Assembly: GCF_036321535.1 (NCBI RefSeq)
Contig: NC_087436.1
Location: 93,312,001-93,376,000 of the forward strand
DNA length: 64,000 bases
Direction of reading: 5' to 3'
Source: Camelus dromedarius
Lineage: Eukaryota
Of this stretch, positions 53,926 to 64,000 are shown one piece after another (the stretch's first letter is position 1; each line of letters starts with the position of its first letter). The notes below the pieces were generated by a model that worked only from the letters and a program-made list of their open reading frames with translations, made no database searches and was not told the DNA's origin. The translations under genes were made by a program, and so were the position numbers.

Positions 53926-56255
53926 GGCAAGTTCCCAAATCAGAGGACATCTGTGGGTCACCAATCAAAGTCTCACACAAAATTGCTCTGCTCACTCACT
54001 GAAAAGCAGGCAGGTCCCCTCTTACTTCAGAGTGGAGTGCAGCCTCTGCAGCCCCAAATTGGTGTACGAATTTTAATCCTGGAGTCCAGGCTCAAAAGTA
54101 AATTTCAAAGTCCTCCTTGCCATTTCTCCTGGAAGAGCGGCTCAATTTGTGCCTTGGCCCTAAGCAGTACAGCATCATGCAAACCCCACTTTGAGTGGCC
54201 TGCAAGAATATTCCAGAACTTCTCACTCAGCTCCCTTCCCTGCCCTCCACTACACCTTCAATACAGCTGGAGAACTTTAAGAGTGATTATGCTTTTCTCA
54301 AAACATAGTCACAATAAAAGCATGTGTTGTGTATACACGCAAGCCCTTATCTAAATAAATTAGCAACAATCTAATTCCCCTGCTCAGCACCCTTCGATGG
54401 TCTTAGCCTAAATATTACTTTTACTATGAGCCCCTGTCTGCCTAGAGTTCTTCTCTCTTAAGTCCCCCATGCTTTGTCTGCATAGCACTTATCTCAATTT
54501 GTTATTATGAATTTACTGTCTAAGCACCCCCCCCCACCCGCCGCCACCACCACTACATGTGCACTTCAGGTGGGCAGGAATTATGCTTATCTTGTTGGTC
54601 ATCTAACCTTGGTTCTCAGCACTGTGCCTGGAACATTGTTGGAGCTTAGTAAACACTTTTCAGGAGATGAATTTTAAAATTTGTTTAAAATGCTTTCACC
54701 CATCAATGCTTGTTTTCACTATTCATGCTTATTTTTAGCGTTTACACTGAAGTGAACTTACAAGTGAGTGAAAGCCAAGCATTTCAAATAATTACTTCCG
54801 TATTTTAAACCATTTGATGGAGCCTATCCTAGCCTTCATTCAGTTTCCCATTAGAATAAAATAATTGTCTGAGTATCATTTTTTGTGGAAATATTTCTTA
54901 GGAGAGGAAAAGAGAGCTGTCTGCTCCACAATAAATGTAACTTCAATTCCTCACTTGATGCACTCTTTTGGTTAAAAAAAAAAAAATTAGGCTGAGGACT
55001 TTTTAATAACAATATGGGGATGTGAAAATGAAAAAGCCAGAAGCCCTTCTGTCCTTGACCTTTATTCAAAACAAAAACAAGTGCAGGTCTATTCTTACAT
55101 GGCATCCTAATGGGCTATTTAGGGATAGATGGGTGGGGTACACCACTAACTTCTAAGGTTGACCAGGAGGCTGAGCTGCCTCCTACAATGGCTGTACCAG
55201 AGCAACTGGCATAGTCGGAATGCAGAGCCATGGCAACACGGAGCTTTCTCAGCCTAACCAATATTTTATCCTTAAGGTCCCCCCATAGATAAAAGGCTTC
55301 AGTTCTGCTGGGAGTGTAAGTTTAGCGGGGAAAGGTGTAGCCGAGAGCTTCCTTAGGTGCATGTTGTATGACTGCATCAATTTGTTTCTTCCCTTTATAC
55401 CAAAGAAAATTCCCTGAGATACGACGTCACTCCATCAGGGTTAGCTGCAGGAGGACTTCTCTTTGGGAGTGTTGCTTTCAATACTGCAAACATGGAATTT
55501 TACCACAGCAGAACTCAACTCCACGACATCATTCTTCCTTGCAGAGAGAGAGATATAACATCTCCCTGTGTCCAGGCAGAAGTCTTTCCAATCATTCTCT
55601 CATTCTTTTTTTTAAGGACTATTTTTTTTTCCTGTATCATCTAGTAACCCTCTAGTTTAGGCTATTTTTATATTTCCCAACCACTTAAAAACAAAGTTCT
55701 ATTATGCTTTTCTTTTCTCATTTGACTGCACTAATGTCATCCTTTTTCCTACCCTACCCCTCAAAGATTCCCCATCTTTTTCCCTCCCCTCAAAATACCC
55801 TATCTGATACTTTTCCTTTGCTTCAAAAGTAAACACACACACATTCTTAGGAACAAATAAGAGGAAATATTATAAAATTGAATTGCACGTTTTTCTAAAT
55901 CACAGAAGAGTGAACTGAGCTTCAAAAAAAAACCAAAAAAAAAAAAAATCTAGCTTCATTGGGAGCAGTTTAGTCAAAAATCAACCAGTGTTAATTGATT
56001 CAGTCCTCAATCATGAAACTAAAGGCCAAAATGACTGGGGTTAACTGGACTGTAGGCAACAGGGGTGCCGACGACAAGCCAGGATTCCCAGCAGTCACAG
56101 AGTTACTTTGTTCAGACCCTTCAGCTCTTTGGGATGGGACCAGGATACCTGCAGGAGAAGCCGCCAATCTCATCTCTTGGAAGGACCTGTCTCTTGGCTG
56201 AACTCAACAACAAAACTGTTCCCAGATGAGATCTTGTCCAGACGGGAGAACTCTC

Positions 56256-56304
56256 AGGTAAAGGTGAAGGAGCTTAGGTAAAGGTGAAGGAGCTTTGGTA
56301 AAGG
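56256..56304. repeat. 20-bp tandem repeat, ~2.4 copies
   Basis: aggtaaaggtgaaggagctt x2, then tggtaaagg. Confidence 0.9.
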
Positions 56305-57139
56305 CCTCAGACGGATGTGCCAACAGCACTTAAACAGATCAGCACCAGCACAGGGAAGAGACAGCCCTTTGCACCCATATTTGGAGCACAAAAGAGATCC
56401 CACGAGTGGTAGGTCTTTGCTTAAACTGTCTGGGGAACATAAAGTATGGAATAATGCACCCTCTCACCTCCTCCACTAGAAAATGCTAAAGCACACGTGG
56501 GCTATGCATTTATTCATCCCTGTATGGAAAAACCACTGGAGATAAAACTGTAACCAGAGAGCCATGGGCCCTAATATCATAAAAATATAATATTCTAGAA
56601 TATCTGTTCTCTTAAGGAATCATATGCTAATGAATCGGGATGCTTCAAAAATTGTTTTAAAGTAATTATTTACCTACAGGCCATTTGCCCTAATAAAACT
56701 TGAAGAAAATGACTGGGGGCTATGGCAGTAACAGGAGACAGAAACCGGATTCTAGGACAGGATTCTCTGTACCACAGACAACTCCAGTGCCCAGTTCTGT
56801 CTTAGCAAAGTGAGGTCTGAAGGCAGCCAGCAAAGGTGTGGAGCCTGATTCCTCCTGCCTGAGCACCTTGGTAGCACTGCCTACTTGGTTTCCTGCCCCC
56901 TCCACACACATACACCCCTCAACGTAATGGTCTGTCCCGGTGAGGACGGCCCCTCAGTCCTGGCAGTGGAAAGATACAAACTATGGAGAACAGTCTAGGG
57001 AGCTGCAGCTTGAAATCCGTGTCAGACCTCCACAAAAAGGCGGGGGTGGGGGGCACCTCTGCACAGTCGCAGGAACAGAAAGCTCAGTCCTTACAGGAAT
57101 TTTCACACATGATCCTAAATGTAGGAAACAATACAAGAG

Positions 57140-57470
57140 ATCAGATAACAAGGACAGCAAAGCCAGACAGCCTGGGTTCGAACCCTGACTCTAACAAGTA
57201 CCTCCTGGCTAGGTGACCCTGGGCAAATCTCCCAATTCCTGGAAGCCCCAATGTCTTCAGCTACAAATTTTGGATATCTGGATATATTTGGAGAAGTTGA
57301 GAAAGGATGCCTTCGATGAAAGTCCTGGTTTTGCCACTTACTTTGGGCAAGATATTTTCTCACCTGTAAATGGGGGAATAACAGTACTAACTTACAAGGG
57401 TTTAATGCCTACCTTGACTTTTTCACCCTGTGCCTGACATGTAGTAAGCACTCAAAATATATCAGCTTTT
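57140..57470 (+). mobile_element. Two adjacent MIR fragments
   Basis: ctgggttcgaaccctgactct...gtgaccctgggcaaat, then ttgggcaag...tctcacctgtaaatggggg...tgcctgacatgtagtaagcactcaa. Confidence 0.65.
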
Positions 57471-60400
57471 ATCATCACGAGCATCAGTTTCATCACCATC
57501 ATTACCATTATCATGTTACCCCTAGCTATGACACTTTTAAGTGTCAGAACAGTCCAAAGCAAAAGAAGAAGGCCAGGCCAATTTCCAGGGGCTGCCTGGT
57601 CCCACCTAGCACTGACTGCCACCCAGAGTCACCAAACAGATGTCTGCATCATGGCTCCATTGTCATCCATCAGCAGAGAGCAGGGGGCCCAGAGATCCAG
57701 TTGCTGGGGACATATGCTCTACCCTACCCCCTCTTGGTGGCCAGAGCTCAGTCTGCCTGCCGATTTGGAGCTTGCCTGATGCAAACTCGGTTTCCAGGGA
57801 GATGCTGGGGCGAGAAGAGCCAGCTCCACCTCCCATTCCACTTCCTCTTTCCCCAAATCTGTGGGACCTCACTGTTCTCCAACCATGTGACAGCATTGTG
57901 TCATAGCAGCCCTGTATACAAACAAGCCAGACTATTTAAATGTCATTGTGAGAAAGATGCTGCCTCCTCTCATTTACATATCTATTCAGACTACTACTCC
58001 TTTCTTGATCTAGCCAGAAAAGTTTTTCTTCCTCTTCCCTGGCTCTCCATGCAGAGCTGGAGAACCAGATGCAAAGTTAAATCCTGGTTGCAGTAAAAAG
58101 ATATGAGTCATCAAGTACTGACAGAAAAGGAGAATTGGAATGACTACATAACTTACGGCATATGTTCATTCGTCATTACATCCCAAATGTCATATGTAAC
58201 TGGCCACTAAATGCTAGATTCTCTCAAAGGCTGCATATAAATTCTTCCAATTGCCGAACAATACAACAGCTCTCAGTCTTGGAGAACTAAGGTACCCTTG
58301 GTGCTTTAAATCTTCAAAATCAGGTCTCAGTTGAGTAAGAAAACCGTTCTATGTGAGCAGGGGGAAATGACCCAAAATGATGAACTGATCCCTTCCAGCA
58401 CTAGCTCCCATTCATGTGAAATATGCATTAGGTCACAAACGAGATGATATTCACCACCAAGCCCCACAGGTATGCTATGATTAAAGTTAAAGGAGTCCAG
58501 AAATGTCTCAAGTAGAAGTAAGGCCGACTTGGGTTGAAATTTCCAACCCCTCCCTAAAGGCCTGGCAACTTGTTCCAAATCACAACTGAAACCAAGTTGA
58601 AGCGACATCTGTTTCTCCAGAAACATTGCAGAGAAGAAATACAGATTAGAACAGATAAATATTGTTGTGGGTGGAGAGGCAGAGGTGGGGGGGTGCCAAG
58701 AAAATTAGAATCATCTACCTGCTAACAAAGTCCTGTAACTCAATAAATACCATCACGGGGAGGAAAAAAATGAAAAAGAAAAAAGAAGGGTGGAAGGAGG
58801 AAGGAAAATAAATGGGGGAGTTATTCTTAGTTATCCTAGAGGGAGTTGACACAACTCCAATGAACAAAACACTGCTACACTGAGAGGAATATTCAGACAA
58901 CCACCATTTGTATAATGATTTAATGCTGGATTGTCCACAGGAAGAGAGGAATTGAGCATTCTGCTTACAGTTTGATAACAAAGACTATGCATTAAACTTA
59001 AATATCCAACATGATATCGAGAAGTAATTTTCTAAGCCTTAATGGACTATCGGGATCACTGTATCAGTAGGTATTACTGGTTTTCCTCTGATCCCTGAAT
59101 CTCTTTTAATGCAAGTTAGAATAACATAGAGCACCTCCTTAACTTCTAGTCTAGGTATCTGAAGCTAATAAGGTGAGACAATAGAAAGAGATCAGTAAAC
59201 AACTGAATTGTATTTTTTACACTAAGAAACTCAGGGTTCTGGAGATTTTCTTTCCAAATCAGCTGTAGTAACAATAGAGTGGTGATGGCAGTAGAACGAC
59301 AGTAGTAGTGGTAGTAGTGGTATGAATACAGAAGTAATGCGACAGTAATAATAATAATGACCATTACTCAGGCAGCACTTCCTACATGCTGGGTGCTACT
59401 ATTCTAAGTATTTTAAACGTATTATTTATTTTCTCGGCACTCCTTCGAGGTAGGTAAGCGATTATTGGCACCCGTTTTACCGATGCTTTCAAGAGCATCT
59501 CTTTGTTGTTAACAACTAGAGCTAGCTTTCAAAGAAACTATTCAGAACCAAAAGGAGTGGTAACGTGGCCTGTCCAAAGTCACCCAGCTAGAAGGCAGTG
59601 GACCTGGGATTCCAAGCCAGGCTGCCCAGCCCCAAAGTCTGGCCTCTCAACCACTGTGGTGCACTTATGCCTCTTTGCTTAGGAAGGCCTTCCAGACAAG
59701 GAACGTGGAAGGAAGCTAGGCCCCTGCCTGCTGGTAGCCAGAGTTAATACTTGAAGTTCACTGTTTCCTTCAGGAGTCTCCCCAAAGCCACATTAAGACA
59801 CATAGCCTGCTCCTACGGCTATAAAAAGTCACTGGAAGTGTGAGGGAACTGTTCCCACCCAGTCTGTGACCTCCATCAGGCTTTCACCTTTGCCAGCTGA
59901 GGCAGAAGCTGGGTGGCAGGGTGAGGTGGGGGCACGGTTCCCAGGCCACAGTTTCCTGCCCAGTAACTCAGGCCTCAAATAGCCAAGGCTGCAGGCCGAA
60001 ATTCCTCACTAACGAGTTATCTCCTGGAGCTTGTTCCCCGAGCCTTTATTAAGAATGGACAGTTTTCTCGCCAATCCATGACTCAAGGAAGACCAGAGAC
60101 TGAGAAGGAGAGACAAGCTGCAAAGTTTGTTTATTAACCTGCTGCACCCAAGGGAACATTTTTCTGAAAGGGTGAAATTCCTGACTACTCACAAGAAAAA
60201 GGAAAAAAAAAAAGCCTGTGGGAAATTAAATCACCAACTGAACAAAAGTGAAAAACAAAGCCCTACCAATAAGGATGTTGCTGAAGACAATGGGGCCCCT
60301 AAAGGAGATGCAATTGTCTCGAGATAACAGTCCCCCTGGGAATGCAGTTCGCACTAAGTACTACATTATTGCAGTATTAGCCAAGGAATCTTTGTTCACA

Positions 60401-60879
60401 GGGCAACTCCGTGCAGAACCATCTGTTACTGCTCCTGGGTTCCCCTGGTTTGCAGACACAGCATTTACATTTCAAGAGGAACCTCCGGGAAGGAAGAGGG
60501 GCGGTCTGTATCTCTCCCTGGAGCAAACACCTTTTTATACAGCCTGGGAGGGGAAGCTCGCCTTTCCATGAAACCCAACTCGGAGATTGAAAGCAGATAG
60601 GCGGCTTCAATAATGCACACGCCAAGCGCTAGGGCTGCTTCGTCCTAAAGCCACGCACTGCCCCTTACGTTTCCACATTCTCAAATTGGTAGGCCTGGTA
60701 AAGCATCAAGAATAATGCCCAACTATCTATAGGGCTCAACACAGCTCTGCTTTCTTAAAGAAACCCTTCTCTTTTTAACATCCGTGGAACCAGGACAAAA
60801 GCTGATATTCTGCAGTGTATAATATTTAGCCTAAAACAGACCACCTCTTAAAAGAAGACTGTGACCTGGGCGGAAGAAG

Positions 60880-61005
60880 GCGTTTTAGATCTTGATCTAG
60901 GTGGGGGCTGAAGTACCATATACAATTGTCAAAATTCATGGAGGTGTGCACTTAAGATTTGTGCACTTTCCTGTCTGTAACTTACACCACAATACATTTT
61001 TTTGA
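60880..61005 (+). mobile_element. Old L1M 3' end
   Basis: atcttgatctaggtgg...ttgtcaaaattcat...tgcacttaagatttgtgcactttc is a typical L1MB/ME terminus. Confidence 0.65.
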
Positions 61006-62707
61006 ATTAGAGTACTTCAGTGTTACTTACAATTAAGGACACTGGGAATAAACCACTTGCCTTTGAGAATTTGCCTTTGAGAAATGTAAGAGTGCTCTGC
61101 TCTTGTACCCTCCCCTCACCACCATCCACACCCAAAATTCTCCTGAGAATTTTTAAGTTCTAAGAACATGAAAAACACAGTTCCCCAACTCTCAATCAAG
61201 CCAGTAACTACAAATGTCTCCTGTGTGTCCTGTGAGCCCAAGTATGCAGCCCAGGGAAAGCACCTGTCACAGCCCAAGCTTTGCCAGCCACACATATCAA
61301 AAATAAAAAGCCAAGGTCTTTTTCTCATCTGGTTATGAGCCATCAAATTATGAGAAACGTGACTGGGGCTTTTAGCAATAGGGCCTCGGGTTTATTCTTC
61401 TGTTTCTTTAACTCTGTTTTTAAATAGAGGTTTCTAAACTCTGCCTAATATTCCTGCTTGCATGAAGCAGGTTAACCCTGTAAGGTGCAGGCCTCTGGCT
61501 GGAGCATTAGAGCAGTACTAAGTGAGACTGGTTCCCGCAGGCAGCTCAGCAGATTTAAATCTGCACTATCGCAGCTCTGTTACCCCAGCAGCATTCAGAT
61601 GTGTGGTGTCACAGGGGATGTCTCTAAGTGATAGCGTGAGTACTAACAGGCTTCACCATTGCTGGATCATGACTTAGCGGTACATTTCTTTCTTCAAACC
61701 ACCAGGGAGGGAGAGCTGCCTGTCCCTGAGGAAAAGAGGGTCAAATTAGCCTTCCACCAAGCCTCAGGAAAGGCCGCCCGCCGAAACAGAGGCTCATTGC
61801 ACAGATCAGAGGGGAGTCACCTTTCCCCCCTGGCGCCCTCCAAGCGTCCTGACCACCGCAGCCACGTCATTTCGGGAGCGCATGGCCACCAAGCTGCATG
61901 TACAGATAGACATCGAGAATCAGGATCTACCAGCGAGCGCTTCCTGGACTGAGCCGAGAGCTCCAGTGATTTCCCTGACCTGCCACTGAGTCATTTAAGA
62001 AGCGAAACATGCCAACAGGGCCGAGTACCCGGCACCAGGGAGCCCGACCCGCCGCCTCTGGGAAGGAGTGGCGGCTGCCAATGGCTGGGCAACATCTATG
62101 CGGATGGCGCGCTCACAGGTGGGTCTTACAGGCTCCCCGGCCCTCTGCGCTGTGCAGCCTCACACCTGACCCGGTGCCAGAAATACAGCCAGAGGCTCCA
62201 GTAGGTATGCGCTTCCGCGGAGACGCGGACAACTCGGCTCCTGAACGGCGGGAGGTAGGGGCCAAGAGGCGGAAGGTAGAACCGGGAGCAGGACCCCCGG
62301 AATGCGGCGTCGGCAAGGACTCTGGGGTCTCGCTCCTCCTGCGCCTTTGCGGCACTTCTGCTCGCACTGCGCTTCCCTTGGCAGCGCCTGGAAGCAGCAG
62401 GAGCTGAGATTTGCGCGGCTGGCAGGCAGGAGGGATGGAGGCGCAAGGGGACCGCTTCCTGCCCGCCACACGCACAGCTAAACCGCAGTGTTCCCCCCAC
62501 CCCCATACTTCGCGCCCACCCTCGCCCGAGACGCCAGCGCCAAAGCGTTGGGGGGTCGCAGCTTGCTCGAGGCCCTGGCGGTGGACCCGGAGCAGCTGGC
62601 AAAAGAAAGTGGGGGGAGGCGAGGCTGGACCTGTCGTCCGTGTGCGGGGAGGGCTCGGTGGCTCTGGACGCCCCTGCAAGGCCGTCCGCCAGCCGCGGGC
62701 ACCTTAC

Positions 62708-62803
62708 CTCGATCCACTTCTGCGCCTCGGAGAAGGCAGGCTCGGGGGGCGGCTCGGGCTGCAGGGGCTGCAGAGCTTCCAGACCGACAGCGGGACAAGC
62801 CAT
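62708..62803 (-). CDS. LIMCH1: LIM and calponin homology domains 1, first coding exon (32 codons, start of the CH domain)
   Basis: Minus-strand ATG at 62803-62801 translates to [32 protein letters not shown]. This matches the human LIMCH1 N-terminus as I recall it ([32 protein letters not shown]). The exon ends at a canonical donor GAG|GTAAGG in phase 0 and lies in a CpG island. Confidence 0.95.
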
Positions 62804-62852
62804 TTGCGAAGCCCCGCGTCCACTCGAGCGCTGGGCCGCCGGGATGAGGACG

Positions 62853-62869
62853 GCCGCCGCCGCCGCCGC
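62853..62869 (-). repeat. Short (GCG/CGG)5-6 trinucleotide repeat upstream of the ATG
   Basis: gccgccgccgccgccgc on the + strand, 50 nt upstream of the start codon. Confidence 0.9.
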
Positions 62870-63113
62870 AGGAGCGCGCTCTCCGCCCCTTCCCGCCCGC
62901 CCGCTCTCCCCTCCCCTGCCGCCCCTCCCCCGCGCGGCACAGGTCCCGGAGGAGAGCCGCCGCGCTGCCGCCGAGGACACCGCCGCAGCTGTTCCCAGTG
63001 CCGCCCGGCTCGGCCGCGCCAAGAGTCCCCGCGGGAGCGAGCGCCGAGGCGCCGGGAGCTCCCTCTCCCCCCACCTTCTCTGCCTGCTCCGCCCCCACCC
63101 CTGGCGGGGGTGT

Positions 63114-63123
63114 CTAAAAATAA
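63114..63123. promoter_or_regulatory. MEF2 consensus site
   Basis: CTAAAAATAA fits YTA(A/T)4TAR. It is an isolated AT-rich element inside GC-rich promoter sequence. Confidence 0.55.
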
Positions 63124-63574
63124 CAGAGAGTGAGCACTGGGTGTCTCCCTCCCTGCCCAGGACGCCACCGCGAGAGGGACGAAGCGAGCCGCCCCTCACG
63201 TCCCCGCTCCCGGTTGGCTGCGGAGGGGCGAGCGGGTGCGGCCGCACTCGGGAGACGCGCGCTGAGTCGTGTGCAAGCGTCCCCGGGGGGAGCCTGCGCT
63301 GCCGCACCCGGGCAGTGGCCGCCAGCACCTGCCGCCCTCCCTCCCGGCCTCGGAAGTAGGGGCAGGAGGGGCAGCCCTCTGACCCGGCGCCACGGATGTT
63401 CAGTCAGTCACCTGATCTTTCTGTAATAAAAAAGATAAACGACCCTTATGAACCTTTTTCTCTCCAGGCGAGCTACCTGTGTCCCAGTCTGTTGATTGAT
63501 TTAACTCATCCTCATTGTGCACCTACTGTGCGTCAGGTACTGAGGTAGGCGCTGGGGGCCCAGAGCTGGAGAGG

Positions 63575-63662
63575 GCGGGGAAGAAGGAAGGAAGGAATGA
63601 AGGAAGGGAGGAAGAGAGGAGAAAAGAAAAGAAAAGAGAGAGGAAGAGGAAGGAGGGAAGAA
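63575..63662. repeat. Purine-rich (GGAA/GAAA) low-complexity tract
   Basis: Read directly. Similar tracts lie at ~210-275 and ~20610-20685. Confidence 0.85.
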
Positions 63663-63799
63663 CTGAAAGTCCTAGCCCTCAAAATAATTACATTCTAGAG
63701 GGAATGGAGTAAAACAAAAGAAGGTAATTGTGGTGAGTGATTTATGTTAAGATAAAAAAGGAGAAGATAAACTGTGACCTGGGAAGAGTGTATTGAATA

Positions 63800-63990
63800 A
63801 CTTCCCATTGCCTCTCTCCCTTCATCTCGGAGGCTGACCTGTGAGTCCAGGCTCCATTAATGGGAGGGACGCAGGAGGTCAGCAGGCTGGAGGAGAGGGA
63901 AGTGGGGATACTTATGCTACCTCTTGCTGCAAAAGGCTAGAGGATTGGCCACACCACCCCGCTGAAGCCTGCAACTCTGTCTGGGGCCTC
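63800..63990. mobile_element. LTR16-like ERVL fragment
   Basis: ggaggctgacct...aatgggaggg...caggaggtcagcaggctggaggagagggaagtggggatacttat resembles LTR16. Confidence 0.4.
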
Positions 63991-64000
63991 TCCTTGGGTT

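Larger units (their letters stand above)
1..62707 (-). other. LIMCH1: LIMCH1 intron 1 (partial, continues beyond the window start)
   Basis: Begins at GT 62707-62706. I saw no continuation of the CH domain (QVTGRSFGDKDF-like) in the ORF track or sequence. The region is repeat-rich and looks non-coding. Small alternative exons cannot be excluded. Confidence 0.8.
61780..63400. promoter_or_regulatory. CpG island / LIMCH1 promoter and 5' UTR
   Basis: Sharp rise in GC content and CpG density against a CpG-depleted background. Contains multiple GC boxes (CCGCCC) and surrounds the ATG exon. Confidence 0.92.

Noticed and set aside
56256..56304. CRISPR-like repeat
   Set aside because: Head-to-tail tandem with no spacers, in mammalian DNA.
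61820..61840. CTCF-like motif
   Set aside because: Only the CCAGGGGG core matches, and I cannot support it without a matrix scan.
62126..63328. 400-aa minus-strand ORF as a single-exon gene
   Set aside because: Only 32 codons match LIMCH1, and a canonical donor follows them. The rest is GC-rich, stop-poor CpG-island sequence with low-complexity translation.
62009..63426. Many overlapping long ORFs on both strands
   Set aside because: Expected artefact of very high GC content. The translations are R/P/G/A-rich with no recognisable domain.

Overview
Mammalian genomic DNA, most likely from a camelid: three tRNA-derived SINEs match the camelid Vic-1 type as I recall it. Roughly the last 2 kb is a CpG-island promoter carrying coding exon 1 of LIMCH1 on the minus strand ([32 protein letters not shown], phase-0 donor GAG|GTAAGG). 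The other ~62.7 kb appears to be intron 1, and I did not see exon 2. The intron is a layered transposon record: a decayed, near-full-length LINE-1 nested inside an MLT1F-like LTR, short L1 3' ends with clear target-site duplications (TSDs), Vic-1 SINEs, MIR, L2, MaLR/ERVL LTRs, hAT fossils (MER5A, MER20, MER53) and microsatellites. I found no evidence of a wholly new biological system. The best leads are hypotheses: an in-frame CUG that could add an RG-rich N-terminal extension, candidate recursive splice sites, a MEF2/E-box promoter module, a possible L1 3' transduction, an unexplained 34-bp dispersed direct repeat and a tandem E-box pair. Repeat family names come from recalled consensus sequences, not a database search. 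Repeat boundaries are approximate unless a TSD defines them.
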